NCBI GenBank assembly: GCA_951406725.2
Contig: OX597822.1
Span: 29,326,001-29,390,000 of the forward strand
Length of the DNA: 64,000 nucleotides
From: Octopus vulgaris
Lineage: Eukaryota
Direction of reading: 5' to 3'
Every line of letters begins with the position of its first letter. The first letter of the stretch is position 1. A program made the position numbers and the translations under genes. Under the pieces are notes generated by a model, which had not been told where the DNA came from, ran no database searches, and was given only the letters and a program-made list of their open reading frames with translations. Positions 11,470-24,759 of the stretch are shown here, in pieces.

Positions 11470-11690
11470 TGTTGCCTGTACCACTTGACTGGCCCTTGTG
11501 GTGGTGGCACCTAAAAGCTCCCACTACACTCCCGGAGTGGTTGGCATTAGGAAGGGCATCCAGCTGTAGAAACTCTACCAGATCAGATTGGAGCCTGGTG
11601 CAGCCATCTGGCTCACCAGTCCTCAGTCAAACCGTCCAACCCATGCCAGCATGGAAAGCGGACGTTAAAAGATGATGATAATGATGATGA
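11470..11690 (+). mobile_element. RTE LINE 3' end
   Basis: ggttggcattaggaagggcatccagctgtagaaac...catggaaagcggacgttaaaa(gat)n. Confidence 0.8.
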
Positions 11691-11767
11691 AATCTACAAG
11701 TTTGCCTACGACTGCTTGTAAATCAGTGACTGCGTCTACAAGTGATGTGTTCACAAGTCAAAATAAT

Positions 11768-11958
11768 TACTTGTTTGATTGTGGCCATGCTGGAGCACCG
11801 CCTTTAGTTGAACAAATCGACCCCAGGACTTATTCATTGGAAGCCTAGTACTTATTCTATCGGTCTCTTTTGCCGAACCGCTAGGTTATGGGGACGTAAA
11901 CACACCACCATCGGTTGTCAGGCGATGTTGGAGGACAAACATAGACACACAAACATAT

Positions 11959-11993
<35 letters not shown>

Positions 11994-12165
11994 ATATGAC
12001 GGGCTCCAACCTGTGCTAGCACGGAAAATGAACGATGATGATGATGCTTCTTTCAGTTTCCGATGCTATAAGAAGACACTTGCCCAAGGTGCCACGCAGT
12101 GGGAATGAACCTGGAACCATGTGGTTGGTAAGTGAGCTACTTACCACACAGCCACTCCTGCATCT
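11768..12165 (-). mobile_element. SINE family A
   Basis: Family A tail, core and head in reverse; interrupted by a short RTE tail piece. Confidence 0.75.
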
Positions 12166-15100
12166 ATATTCAATCTATCTATCTATATATCTGTATATTT
12201 ATCTGTTTATCTCTGTATATCTATCTACACACACACACACACTCATTTGCATACATACATATATATTGAAAACTTTTCATCTTTGAGTCTTAAGGAAAGG
12301 CCCGGATGTTTTCTGAAAGGATGGTCTAACTTGTTTTCTCTGTCATATATTACAAACTGATGATTGAGATAAAGTTTACTCACTCCTTCTATAACAAAAT
12401 AAAAACAAAACAATTCAGACATTGCATAAGTGTGTGTGTGTGTGTGCGTGTGTGTGTGTGTTTTAATAGTTTTTCTTTATGATTATAAAAAGTGTGGATG
12501 TTTGAGCCATGTGCTTCCTTTTTCCTCTCTCTAGATGATTCAATGAATATAGCTTAATTATTTTGATTCTGTCTATCAGATGATGATGGCGACAACTGCA
12601 TCAATGGTGGCGGCATTGCTGCTGCTGTTGTGTATTGCAATTAATAACAAATTTAGATTTGGAAGCCCACCATGTTTTTCTCATGAATTTTTGTGGTGTA
12701 CATTTTCCAAGAAGATGGAAACTGTGGAAGTTATCATGTGTGTTATGTGTGTGTGTGTTTGTTGTTCCTACTGCTTGATAACTGGTGCTGGTGTGTTTAC
12801 ATTCCCATAACTTAGTGGTTCGACGAAAGAGACTAACAGAGAATGTACCAGAATAAACAGCAAGTACTGGGATCAAGCTGTTCAAGTAAACCCTTCAAGG
12901 TGATGCCCCAGCATGACCACACTCCCTTGGCTGTAACAAGTGTGTATTAAAAGATTAAAGATTAAAGATAAAAAAAAATAGATCACTTAAAAAAGAAAAA
13001 AGAAGTTGACTTGAAATTTGAAGGTGGTTAAACTTGTCCAGTCTTTAACCCTTTTGAACCCCCCCTCCCCTCACTCATCATCATGTTCCCTGAGATGGTT
13101 TCTGCTTCTATGATATGAAATTCTTCCATTTCAAAATGGTCATATTCAAATTAAAACCTTCAGTAATAATTTCATGTAAGAACTTTTTAAGTTACATTGG
13201 TGCATCAGCATGGCTGCAGCTCTGAGCTGAAACTAGAGACCCCCCCCCAAAAAAAAAACAAACAAACAAAAGAAAACAAACAGCATAACCCTTTTGTTAC
13301 CATATTTCTGTTAAAATGTGCTATTTTTGTTTCAGTTAATTTTTGAAAATAATGAAGAAGAATTTATCAAATTAACTTTGTTGTTAAGCTGGTGTTTGAA
13401 ATGTAACTAACATGGAATTTTGAAGAAAAGTTTTTAATAGAGATCACTCTAAAACAAGGATTTCATCTCATAGAAGCTAGGAGTGCTCTCAGGGGGTTTG
13501 TTAAGAAAAGAGTTTATAATTGTTTCTAATTTAGGCAGACCAGTAATTTTGTGAGGAATTGGTGGTTAGCTAATTACAAAGGTCCCCAGTTCTAAACTCA
13601 TTTGTCGTCGTCTTCTTTTTCAGGAACGTCTTATACCATTTCTGAGGACTGACAAATTGATAATATAACAATCCTTTCTACTAAAGGCACAGACCTGAAA
13701 ATTTGGGGGAGGGAACTAGTCGATAACATCAATCCCAGTATTTCACCGGTACTTAATTTATCGACCCTGAAAGGATGAAAGGCAAAGTTGACCTCAGAAT
13801 TTGAAATTGATAATAATAAGGATTTCAAATTTTGGCACAAGGATAGCAATTTTGGGGGAGAGAATAAGTTAATTTCATCTACCCCAGTGTTCAACTGGTA
13901 TTTATTTTATCAACCCCGAGAGGATGAAAGACAAAGTGTGATGTTTGAAGAAGCTAGGGTATGCTTTTGTAGTGGGGTGCAAGCAAACGGCACCATCAGA
14001 AAGCCGTTGTTTACAAACTGGTTAGTGTGAGGGAAATCAAACTTTCATTTTCCCACGCACACACATGTTGGGCTTCTTTCAGTTTCTCTTTACTAGATCC
14101 ACTCACAGAGCTTTGGTGACCCTGGGGCTGGCTATAGTAGAAAACACTCGCCTAAGATGCCTGGCAGTGAGACTGAACTTGAAACTTCTTGGTTGAAAAG
14201 ATACGAATGAAAATATGTAAATGACAGTCAATGTTAGATAAAGATTTGGAAAATTCATTGCTATTGATTCCTCCCTACTCCTTAATGTACCATTTTGCAT
14301 ATGGAATATTGCAGCAAAAAAATGAACCAAAACAAAAAATAACCATAAACAAACAAAAAAATGGAAAGCAACAGCCTTATTCAAATGCACCAGTTTTGTT
14401 AACCATTTGAGATGTTAATAGATGAAGAAATGAGGCTGAGAATAGAATTATCTTCTGATATATTCTGTATATATATATTCACTTGGAAACATCTGGCCAT
14501 TATTATTTAGTATTTTACTAATATATTTCTCATTTGATACCATGCTGTCTTTTTTTCCTTTTAAATTTATTGATATCTCTGTTCTTCCTTTCCTCCATCC
14601 TTCTCTATCTCTGTCTCTCTGATACCATTTAAACATGGTTTATTTCTCATACTGCACTCAGCTATTTTCTGCTTGTTTTCTCCCCACCTCTATTTCCTGT
14701 GCATATGATTCTCATTTACATCAAAATTAAATGAAATGTGTAAAATAAAATTAAAAAAAAACAAAACCTATATAAATTATGCAGTTATTTTAGATCTTTC
14801 AACAGAAGGCCATTTGTGAGATTCATATATCACTTCTACTTTGACTCATCTGAAAACCGTCCATATCCTCTAAGTATGTGGGAAGCATGGAAGATTTTGC
14901 TGATGATAATGTTCTTGGAGAAGTGGTAGAATATATCTTATCACTTAGCTTACTTCTTGTTTTTCAACAATGCATGTTTATATATATATATATATATATA
15001 TATTCTTTTCTACTCTAGGCACAAGGCCTGACATTTTGGGGGAGGGGTCCATTTGATTAGATTGGCTCCAGTAAGCAACTGGTACTTGTTTATCAATCCT

Positions 15101-15242
15101 GAAAGGATGAAAGGCAAAGTCGACCTTGGCGGATATATATATATATATATGATTGTTAAAGAGGGCAACGAAGTAATCCATTACAGCACTTACCTAGCAT
15201 ACCTAATCGTTTAGATCACCTGTGAACTAAACCTCCATACTT

Positions 15243-15275
<33 letters not shown>

Positions 15276-15588
15276 TCATCATCATCATTAATACCACCAC
15301 CAGCATCATAACCAACATCATCATCATTGCTTTAACATCTACTCTTCAATACTAGCATGGGTTGGATGGAGTGTTTATTGAGGCAGATTTTCTACGTCTG
15401 GATGCCCTTCCTGTTGCCAACCCTCATCTGTTCCCATGCAAGGTAATACTTCTCGAAGATCAGACGTGTTCTCACAGGATATTGGAAATGTGTGACACTG
15501 CTTGTATGTCAGTGGTACTCACAGCTACTAAACAGTGTCAAAACAAAGAGACACACACATGCATACACGCACACACACATACACACAC

Positions 15589-15850
15589 ATGAGGGTCGAT
15601 TGAAAAGTTCATAGATTGACTCAGATATTTTCATGGAATGAGACCAAATGAGGTTTAATTTTCCACATAGTCTCCCTTGCAGTCCACACACTTCTTCTGC
15701 TGGTGTTGTAGTGCTTGGATCTCTTTGGTGAAGAAGCTTCCATCCTGTTGGTCAAAAAAGTCATCAACAGCAGATAAGATGTCATCATCACTGCAATAGT
15801 CAGATGGGGTCAAGTCAGAAGAATAAGGAGGGTGATCAACCAGTTCAGTT
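15589..15850 (-). mobile_element. mariner-type 3' fragment
   Basis: TIR-like tgagggtcgattgaaaagttcat; the minus strand encodes KKCVDCKGDYVEN*, the typical mariner C-terminus. Confidence 0.7.
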
Positions 15851-15859
15851 GTTTTTTCA

Positions 15860-17545
15860 GTGCTAATTACATCAACCCCAGTGTTTCACTGGTACTTAAT
15901 TTACCGATCCCAAAGGGATGAAAGGCAAAATTGACCTCGCTGGAATTTGAACTCAGAACGTAGCGATGAACAAAATACCACCAAGCATTTCGTCCAACGT
16001 CCTAATGCCACCTTAATAATAATGATAATAATAATGATAATAGTGATAATAGTAACGATTTCAAATTTTGGCACAAAATCAGCAATTTCAGGGAGGGGAT
16101 AAGTTAAATGCATCAACCCCAGTGTTCAGCTGGTACCTACTTAATCAATCCAAATGGGACAAAAGGCAAAGTCGCCCTTGGTGGAATTTGAACTCAGAAT
16201 GTTAAAGATGATGAAGTGCCTGCTAACGATTCCTTTTCTACTCTAGACACAAGGCCTGAAATTTCTGGGGCAGGGGCCAGTCAATTAGATCAACTCCAGT
16301 ATGCAACTGGTACTTAATTTATTGACCCCGAAGGGATGAAAGGCAAAGCCAACCTTGGCGGAATTGGAACTCAGAATGTTAAAGACAGATGAAATGCTGC
16401 TAAGCATTTTGCTTGGCATGCTAACAATTCTGTTCTCTCACTGCCATCCAGTAATAGTAATAAAAATCACATTAGTCCTTTATGCACAAAGCCTGAAGTT
16501 TTGGGGTAGGGGACTAGGCAATAGTATTGACCCTTGTACTTGGTATTTTTTTTATCAATCCTGAAAGGATGAAAGGCAAAGTTAACCATGGTGGCATTTG
16601 ATCTCAGAATTTAAAGACAGGCAAAATGATACTATGCATTTTGGCCAGCATTCTAATGATCCTGTTAGCTCACTGCCTTGATGCTGATGATGATGATGAT
16701 CATCATCATCGTTTAGCATCCACTTTCCATGCTAGTTTGGGTTGGACGGTTCAACTGGGGTCTGGGAAGCCAGAAGGCAGCACCAGGCCCAGTCTGATCT
16801 GGCAATGTTTCTATGGCTGGATGCCCTTCCTAACGCCAACCACTCCGTGAGTGTAGTGGGTGCTTTTTACGTGTCACTGGCACGGAGGCTGGGCGAGGCT
16901 GGCAACGGCCACAATCGGATGGTGCTTTTTACGTGCCACTGGCACGGAGGTCAATTGGGGCGGCGCTGACAACGGCCACGTTCGGATGATTCTCTTACGT
17001 GCCACCGGCACTGGTATCACAGCTACAATTTCCATTGATGTTGATCGATTTTGATTTTGATGATGATAATGATAATAATACCAACAACAACAACATTCCT
17101 TTCTACTAAAGGCACAAGGCCTGAAGTTTTGGGTGAGGGGACTTGCCGATTACATCGACCCTAGTGTTTCACTGATACTTAATTTATTGACTCTGAAAAG
17201 ATGAAAGACAAAGTCAACCTCAGTGGAATTTGAACTCAGGACGTAGCGATGGGTGAAATACCTCTAATCATTTCACCTGGCACAATAACGATTCTGCCAG
17301 CTTGCTGCCTTAATATAATAATTATAATTGTTCCAAATTTTGCCACAATGGCAGCTATTTTAGGGGAGGGGATGAGTCGATTACATTGGCCCCAATGTTT
17401 CACTGGCACTTAATTTCTCGGCCCTGAAAGGATGAAAGGCAAAGCCAATCTCTGTAGAATTTTAATTCAGGACGTAGCGACGGGCAAAATACCTTAAGCA
17501 TTTCCCCCCAGTGTGCTAACGATTCTGCCAGTTTGTCACCTTCTC
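15860..17545 (-). mobile_element. Head-to-tail cluster of ~6 SINE family B copies separated by (TAA)n-type tracts
   Basis: Repeated gatgaaaggcaaagtc...ggaatttgaactcagaa core, all on the minus strand. Confidence 0.8.
16685..17065 (-). mobile_element. RTE LINE 3' UTR with ~60-bp internal repeats, inserted in the SINE B cluster
   Basis: (cat)n-cgtttagcatccactttccatgc...ctggatgcccttcctaacgccaacc and repeated tacgtgccac units. Confidence 0.8.
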
Positions 17546-17564
17546 ATAATGGTAATAATAAATA

Positions 17565-18131
17565 TTGGGTTGTCCGGAAAGTTCACGCCGATTTATAGTA
17601 GTTTACCTTTCGACTTATTTTACAACATGGTTGAGTTCATAAAATAGGATTTGACTACACCTCCATTTAGAGCACAGTTTAAGCTATCTTTTCATGGAAG
17701 AAGGTTTATGTTCTTATAATCTGTGTTAATTCTGTAACCCTTTAAAAATGGAAGATAAGAAAGTTCATTTTCGGCACTTGATGCTTTGGGAACCAGACAA
17801 AAATTGCTGCAGCTCGGCTGGGATGTGTTACCCCACCCTCCATATTCACCAGATATTGCTCCTTCGGATTTCCACTCATTCAGGTCTCTGCAGAATAGTT
17901 TTAATGGTAAAAATTTCAATTCCTTGGATGACATAAAAAGATACCTTGACGAATTCTTTGCCTTGAAACCACCTCAATTCTGGGAAGAGGGTATTTTCAA
18001 GTTAAAGGAAAGATGGAGATACATTGTGCAACAAAATGGTTCATATTTGGATGATTAAAAATGTAATGGCAAGTATTTATTGACCTTCTTCTTTCCTTTA
18101 AAAATCGGCACGAACTTTCCGGACAACCCAA
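17565..18131 (+). mobile_element. Internally deleted mariner element
   Basis: TA TSD, TIR ttgggttgtccggaaagttc/gaactttccggacaacccaa. The N-terminus MEDKKVHFRHLMLWE is joined directly to the C-terminal LGWDVLPHPPYSPDIAPSDFH...NGSYLDD. Confidence 0.95.
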
Positions 18132-19104
18132 TATAATTATAATAGTAGTAGTAGTAGTAAATAGTAATAAATAGCAAAGAAGACATTAGACATTAACTGT
18201 GAGTGTTATATGAGTACCAATGATTGTCATTAATTTGGTGTGTTAATCCTCTTGCACTTATTACCTACTGCTGGCAATGAGTTAAGAACCTTGCCAAATT
18301 GTGTAAATAAAACGGGGAGGGGGGGGGGGGGAAATAACCAAAAAAAAAAATTGGGTTAATTGACGAGAGTATTTATTTGTGTGTGTGTATGAGTGAGAGA
18401 TAGAGAGAGAAAGTAGATATTAAGTCTGATATTTTTATATTCAAGCAAAATTTGAGGGAAATGAATATTGATGTTTTAAATCCTCACTTGGAAAAAGTTT
18501 AATTTAATTATCTTTATATTTTATCATTTATATTTTACTTGTTTCAGTCATTTTTGACTGCGGCCATGCTGGGGGCACTGTCTTAAAGGGTTTTAGCTGA
18601 ACAAATTGACCCCAGGACTTATTTTTTAAAGCCTGGTATTCCATCAGTCTCTTTTGCTCACCAGTTGTTGAGTGGTGGCGGGTGATAAACACAGAACCAA
18701 ACACACACACACACAACAGGGTTTCTTTCAGTTTCCATCTACCAAATCCACCCTCAAGGCTTTGGTCAACCCAAGGATATAGTAGAAGATACTTTCTCAA
18801 GGTGCTATTTATCTATTTTATTCTTTTATTCTTCTTCTTGGTTCAGTCATTTGACTGTTGCCATGCTGGAGCACCACCTTTAGTCAAACAAATCGACCTT
18901 AGGACTTATTCTTTGTAAGCCTAGTACTTTTTATATCCGTCTCTTTTTGCTGAACTGTTATGTTATGGGGATGTAAACACACAAACATTGGTTGTCAAGT
19001 GATGGTGGTGGTGGGGGACAAACACAGACACACAAATACATACATATACACAACGGGCTTCTTTCAGTTTCCACCTACCAAGTCCACTCCATTAGTATAG
19101 CACA

Positions 19105-19231
19105 CCGAGGTTGACTTTACCTTTCATCCTTTTGAGGTCAATAAAATAAACCCCAGTTGGATACTAGGGTTGATGTAATCAACCAGCCTGCATTCCCCAT
19201 ATTTTTAGACCTTGTGCCTATAATAGAAAAG

Positions 19232-19269
<38 letters not shown>

Positions 19270-19470
19270 GGTGGCAAGCTGGCAGAAACAACACACCAGG
19301 CGAAATGTTAGGTGGTATTTCGGCGAGCTAGCAAAGGCGGCGAGCTAGGATAAGGTGGCGAGCTAGCAGAATCGTTAGCACGTCGGGCGAAATGCTTAGC
19401 GGTATTTCGGCTGCCGTTACGTTGTGAGTTCAAATTCCGCCGAGGTCGACTTTGCCTTTCATCCTTTTGG
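19105..19470 (+). mobile_element. SINE family B fragments with a reiterated head
   Basis: ggcgagctag repeated, then gagttcaaattccgccgaggtcgactttgcctttcatcc. Confidence 0.75.
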
Positions 19471-19885
19471 GCCTCCTATCAATTGTGTGTATGTATGTAT
19501 GTATGTATTTGTGTGTCTGTATTTGTCCCCACCATTGCTTGACAACCAATGTTGGTGTGTTTATGTCCCCATAACATTGCATATTGAGGTCAATGTAATC
19601 AACTGGCATTAACGGATGTTAAATGATGAGGATGAGGATGATGTTGAGTATTATTCCTACTATTTCCCGATATATAAACTAGTGACTCCATCAGATGTAA
19701 GATTTACTGACAGTAGCTGGAGAGAATGCTGTGTTCATTCAGATATCGCATTTGCAACAAATGGTATTCATTCCAGGTCTCTGTGTTCTGATTTTAAATT
19801 CCATCAAGACCAACTTTGGCTTTCGTCCTCGTAGGATTGATAAATTATCACTGTAGTATTTGAATCATTTGCTCTGTGTGTAAGT

Positions 19886-19938
<53 letters not shown>

Positions 19939-21357
19939 CAAATGTTTTCGCCATAGACTTGGGCCGACCAGAGCTTCATGAATGAAATTTGGCTGACTTG
20001 TATTCGGGAGATATATATATTTAATGTGTTGCTTGGTTTTTGGTTCAACGCCACCAACTGGCTCATGGTTGCTTTTAGCAGGGTCTACTCCGGTTTCAAG
20101 TTTAAGTGTAACAGACCCAGATAAGAGTCTATGGGTACTGTTCTTTCTCCTCTAGATAAGCCATTAAAGTAAATAAATAAATAAATAAGTAAAGCTGTTG
20201 CCACAAATTAGACAATCAGTTGGTGCCCTAGTTCACCCACTATTTATTGTCAATTAACAATATTTTTAAATTTAGTTTGACATAATTACTAAAATGGTTG
20301 TTATTATGTCTGTAGTAAACATTGATTTTTTTTTTTCCTAATGACACAAATAAGTGTTGTAGATAGACTTTTAAAGGTAATTTGTAATGGAATAAGAAAA
20401 ACAAAAAGATTTTTGATAAATATTTTAAAAATTTGCTATATTGGGTAGAATTGAAGTTTCATAGAAGTTAATTTTTGGGGTGGATTCTTAGAGTATTTTG
20501 AGTTTCTTAATTGTGCATTTTGTTGCATCTACTTTTCACATTTCTGATAGGGCATCCATGTTACATGTATTCTAGCTGAGCAAGCAACAACAATATAGCA
20601 TCTACTGTAAATCCTCGAGTATAATCTGCATTTTTTCCCCAAAATTTAAAGGTCAAAGAGGCTCCCAGCTTTCTGTCCCTCCAAGTATCATCACATCCTG
20701 GATGTATGTGTCACAAGGAGGGCCAAGAGAGTGTCTCTGTTCATGATTATATAAGCAATTAAAAAAATCTCCAAAAACAAAACAAAAAACCCACACTTAC
20801 GAGCACATTATATATTAAATTACAAAGATAGTTAAAGATTAAAAAAAAAATCTCTTGTATAATTTTACTTTAGCATAATGGTTCTATTCTTCTATGGAAT
20901 TAAAAAGACTGCAGAATGTGTTTCAATGCAACCATTCTTTTTTATTGATTTCTTTCATGTGGATTGTGGCCATGCTGAAGCACTGCCAGCCTCAAGTGTT
21001 TCAGTTGATTATATTGATTTCACTACATTGGTGATTTATTTTATTGATCTCATAGATGCAGAAAGTTGATCTTGGATCATAGGGGCCTAACTGTTGGGTG
21101 GCGTCTACTCAAGGTACCCAAGATGTAAGATAGTGGTGTAAAGCCATTGCCCTGTTTAGCATAGCTCTCTGATATCTTGGGTGACATTAACAAACTCCAC
21201 TCTGTTTTGTGAGCATTTAGGCTTGGTCTCTCATCTGAAGATAATTTCCTTTCTTCTTCCCACGAGTCTTAGAAATCCTGAAAAGGGTCATAGGCATTGC
21301 CCTTTCTCCTCTATTAAACCCTAAAAAGAAACAAAAAAAAAATTGAAAATAAGTGCA

Positions 21358-21715
21358 AGCATGGCTAAGTGTGTGGTAAGAAGCGGCGAGCAGGCAGAAA
21401 CGTTAGCACGCTGGGCAAAATGCTAAGCGGTATTTTGTCTGTTGCTATGTTCTGAGTTCAAATTCCGCCGAGGTCGACTTTGCCTTTCATCCTTTCGGGG
21501 TTGATTAAATAAGGACCAGTTACGCACTGAGGTCGATATAATCAACTTAATCCGTTTATCTGTCCTTGTTTGTCCCCTCTGTGTGTAGCCCCTTGTGGGC
21601 AGTAAAGAAATAAGAAGTTGGCCTCCCAACCACATGGTTCTGAGTTCAATCCCACTGATAGTGGGCAACTTGGACAAGGGTCTTTGACTATAGCCCTTGG
21701 CCGACTAAAGCCTTA
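21358..21715 (+). mobile_element. SINE A head interrupted by a full SINE B (~21385-21613)
   Basis: gtgtggtaagaag|[SINE B]|aagaagttggcctcccaaccacatgg. Confidence 0.75.
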
Positions 21716-22081
21716 GAAAGTATATTGAAGGCAAGTTTCGTGTGACTTTGTGGTTAATATTAAAGACCAAATATCACTACAATAACATATCAGGATGATG
21801 TTTTAATAAAAGAGGATCCCAGCTCCATGTCCCTCTAATTATCATCACATCCTGGATGTGTCACTGGTGCTTTTCTTGTAGGAGGACAAAAAAAAAGTGT
21901 CTCTGTTCATGACTATAAGAGAACCTACAACATGTAGCAGAGGCATTGCATGATGCTAAGCCATATTCATTTGCAGGTGACTTACTGGTTCTTTTTCTGG
22001 TTAACTGATGATCCAGTGATGGTAGGGTCAAAATTACTATGCACTAAAATTCTGTTCAGTAGCACATGTGCACATGCGTGC

Positions 22082-22114
<33 letters not shown>

Positions 22115-22131
22115 TACATGTGCCTTGTATA

Positions 22132-22446
22132 CAGGGCTGTGGAGTCAAAACAAAAAACTTTGACTCCGACTCCTCTACTATTGGCACCTCCGACCGACTC
22201 CAATTCCGACTCTGACTCCACTTTATGTAATTAACTGATTGTGGTCTACATATCTCATAAAGCATATGCATACACTTGTTCTTCGAGTGGGCCTATATGT
22301 TATAGCTGGTTTATATTAAAGAATAAAGACATTGTGAGTCGGAATTAGAGTCGATATAATTTTACCCACTCTGACTCCGACTACCCCTTAATAATTTCCC
22401 TAATAGTTTCCAACTCTGAGACTCTGACTCCGACTCCACAGCCCTT
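22132..22446. mobile_element. hAT-type MITE
   Basis: TIR cagggctgtggagtc/gactccacagccct(t), perfect 8-bp TSD cttgtata, internal gactcc repeats. Confidence 0.9.
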
Positions 22447-22759
22447 CTTGTATATAATCATAGTGTAAACATCATACACTTTGAGGATTTGCATAAGCTC
22501 TGCTCTTGTGAGACCTGTTAGGCTCTGAGTAGACTTTGCTACATATACTAGTGTAAGATAAAAAACGGTTAAGAGTGCAATTACCATTTTGCACTTGGAA
22601 GTCATAAACATCCGACCCGAAGATTGTGTGTGAGATAAACATTGTAGTGTCATCAACAGCGTAAATAACAACGATAAGTTGTGTTTATTATTCATTTATT
22701 TGTTGATAGAAATAAATATCGTTATTGTTCTTCACGTGGGTGTTTGTTTATTTGCATTT

Positions 22760-22884
22760 GTATGTGAATGTGTGTGTGTGTGTGCACGTGCACATATGTG
22801 TATCTATATATCTGTCTATATGCATATAATACGTGTATGTATGTGGTGTATGTGTATGTATATACATGTGTATATATATATATA

Positions 22885-22917
<33 letters not shown>

Positions 22918-23102
22918 GCATATGTGTGGTGTGTGTGTATATATATATACATACATATGTGTGGTGTATGTATATACATGTGTATATGCGTGTGTCTATA
23001 TATATGTATATATGTGTGTGCATATATATATGTATATATGTCTGTGCTTATATATATATATGTATGTATATATGTATACATATATGTATGTATACATATA
23101 TG

Positions 23103-23146
<44 letters not shown>

Positions 23147-23439
23147 GTATATATGTATGTATATATATATATATATAAATGTATATATGTATGTATATGT
23201 ATATATATGTATATATGTATGTATATGTATATATATGTATATATGTGGATGTATATATGTATATATATGTGCTTTCTTATATATTTGTATATATTTGTGC
23301 TTTCTTGTTTGGATTAACTTTATATATATGTGTGTGTATATATGTGTATATATATGTATGTATATGTTTATATACATATATTTGTATGTGTGTATATATA
23401 TTTGTGTATATATATAAATATACATATATTTTTATTTAC

Positions 23440-23479
<40 letters not shown>

Positions 23480-23530
23480 TATACACACACACACATGCAT
23501 TATGTATATGTGTGTGGGTGTATACACACA
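22760..23530. repeat. Long (TA)/(TG) compound microsatellite
   Basis: Direct reading. Confidence 0.95.
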
Positions 23531-24194
23531 TAGAATGGAAGTATATGAACTGCCTATTCTGCTAATATTCCTGGAGTAATTTTGATAACTTTCCTGCAGC
23601 CAATTAGTGGAAGGTGAGCAGGATGTATGCATGTGCTCTCATCTGGCTGTCATCTAAACACACACCATTCACAAGGGCAGCTGCTTTCTCTAAACAAAAA
23701 GCTCTTTATTTTCGTGCCAGTTTACTTCACCCCATCTCTCTCTGTGTCTTTCTCTCTCTCTCTCAAACTGACTTTTTGCTTTGTAAATGATACCTATCTT
23801 CTCCTCTACAACAGAGAGAGAGAGAGAGAGAGAGTGAGAAAGAGTGGTGGTAGGGGAAGAGATGGAGTTTGTATTTCATTTTATGTTTTGAATTGCTCGT
23901 ATAATTTTGACTACGTAATCTTGATTTGTAACCAAACTCCTCCTCATCATTAAAGAAAACGGAACGGAACGAGAGAGAGAGAGAGAAAAAAAAAACATTT
24001 CTTTTGCGTAATTTATTTTTACTTGTATTATTTTTTATTTTATTTTATTTTATTCTATTTCTTAGATGGAATAGATAAGTTATGCGAGTACCAGGATTGC
24101 TTGGTTGTAAAAGAAAAAAAAATAAAGTAAAAAAAAAAAACACACAAAAATATGCAAAAGCAAATTGTATTATTTCAAACTATATTATACAGCG

Positions 24195-24745
24195 GCAAGC
24201 TGGCAGAATTGGTAGAACACCAGGCAAAATGCTTAGCGGTATTTCGTCCGTCTTCATGTTCTGAGTTCAAATTCTACCACGGTCGACTTTGGCTTTCATC
24301 CTTTTGATGGGGTTGATAAAATAAGTACCAGTTGTGTACTGGGGTTGATCTCATTGACTGACCTCCACTTCCAGAATTTCGGGCCTTGCTCCTAGAGTAG
24401 AAAAGGATAAAATAAGTACCTATTTCTTTACTACCCACAAGGAGCTAAACACAGAGAGGACAAACAAGGACAGACACACAGATTAAGTTGATTATATCGA
24501 CCCCAGTGCGTAACTGGTACTTATTTAATTGACCCCGAAAGGATGAAAGGCAAAGTCAACCTCGGCGGAATTTGAACTCAGAACGTAACGGCAGACGAAA
24601 TACAGCTACGCATTTCGCCTGGCGTGCTAATGTTTCTGCCAGCTCGCCGCCGTCTTGATAAAATAAGTACCAGTTGCGTACTGAAGTTGATGTAATTGAC
24701 TACCCCCCCTAAATTTCAGGCCTTGTGCCTTTAGTAGAAATAATT
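24195..24745. mobile_element. Nested SINE family B copies (plus and minus; minus copy ~24420-24651)
   Basis: Family B core in both orientations; ataaaataagtacc is duplicated around the insertion. Confidence 0.75.
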
Positions 24746-24759
24746 ATTTCGAAATGTAT

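Noticed and set aside
22004-22040. Other CTGATGA occurrences (also ~12357, ~14840, ~27272, ~57525)
   Set aside because: No stem II followed by GAAA and no stem I pairing.
22679-23565. Long Y/I/C/V/M-rich ORFs (also 366-795, 8349-8813, 55676-56154)
   Set aside because: Artefacts of (TA)/(TG) microsatellites.
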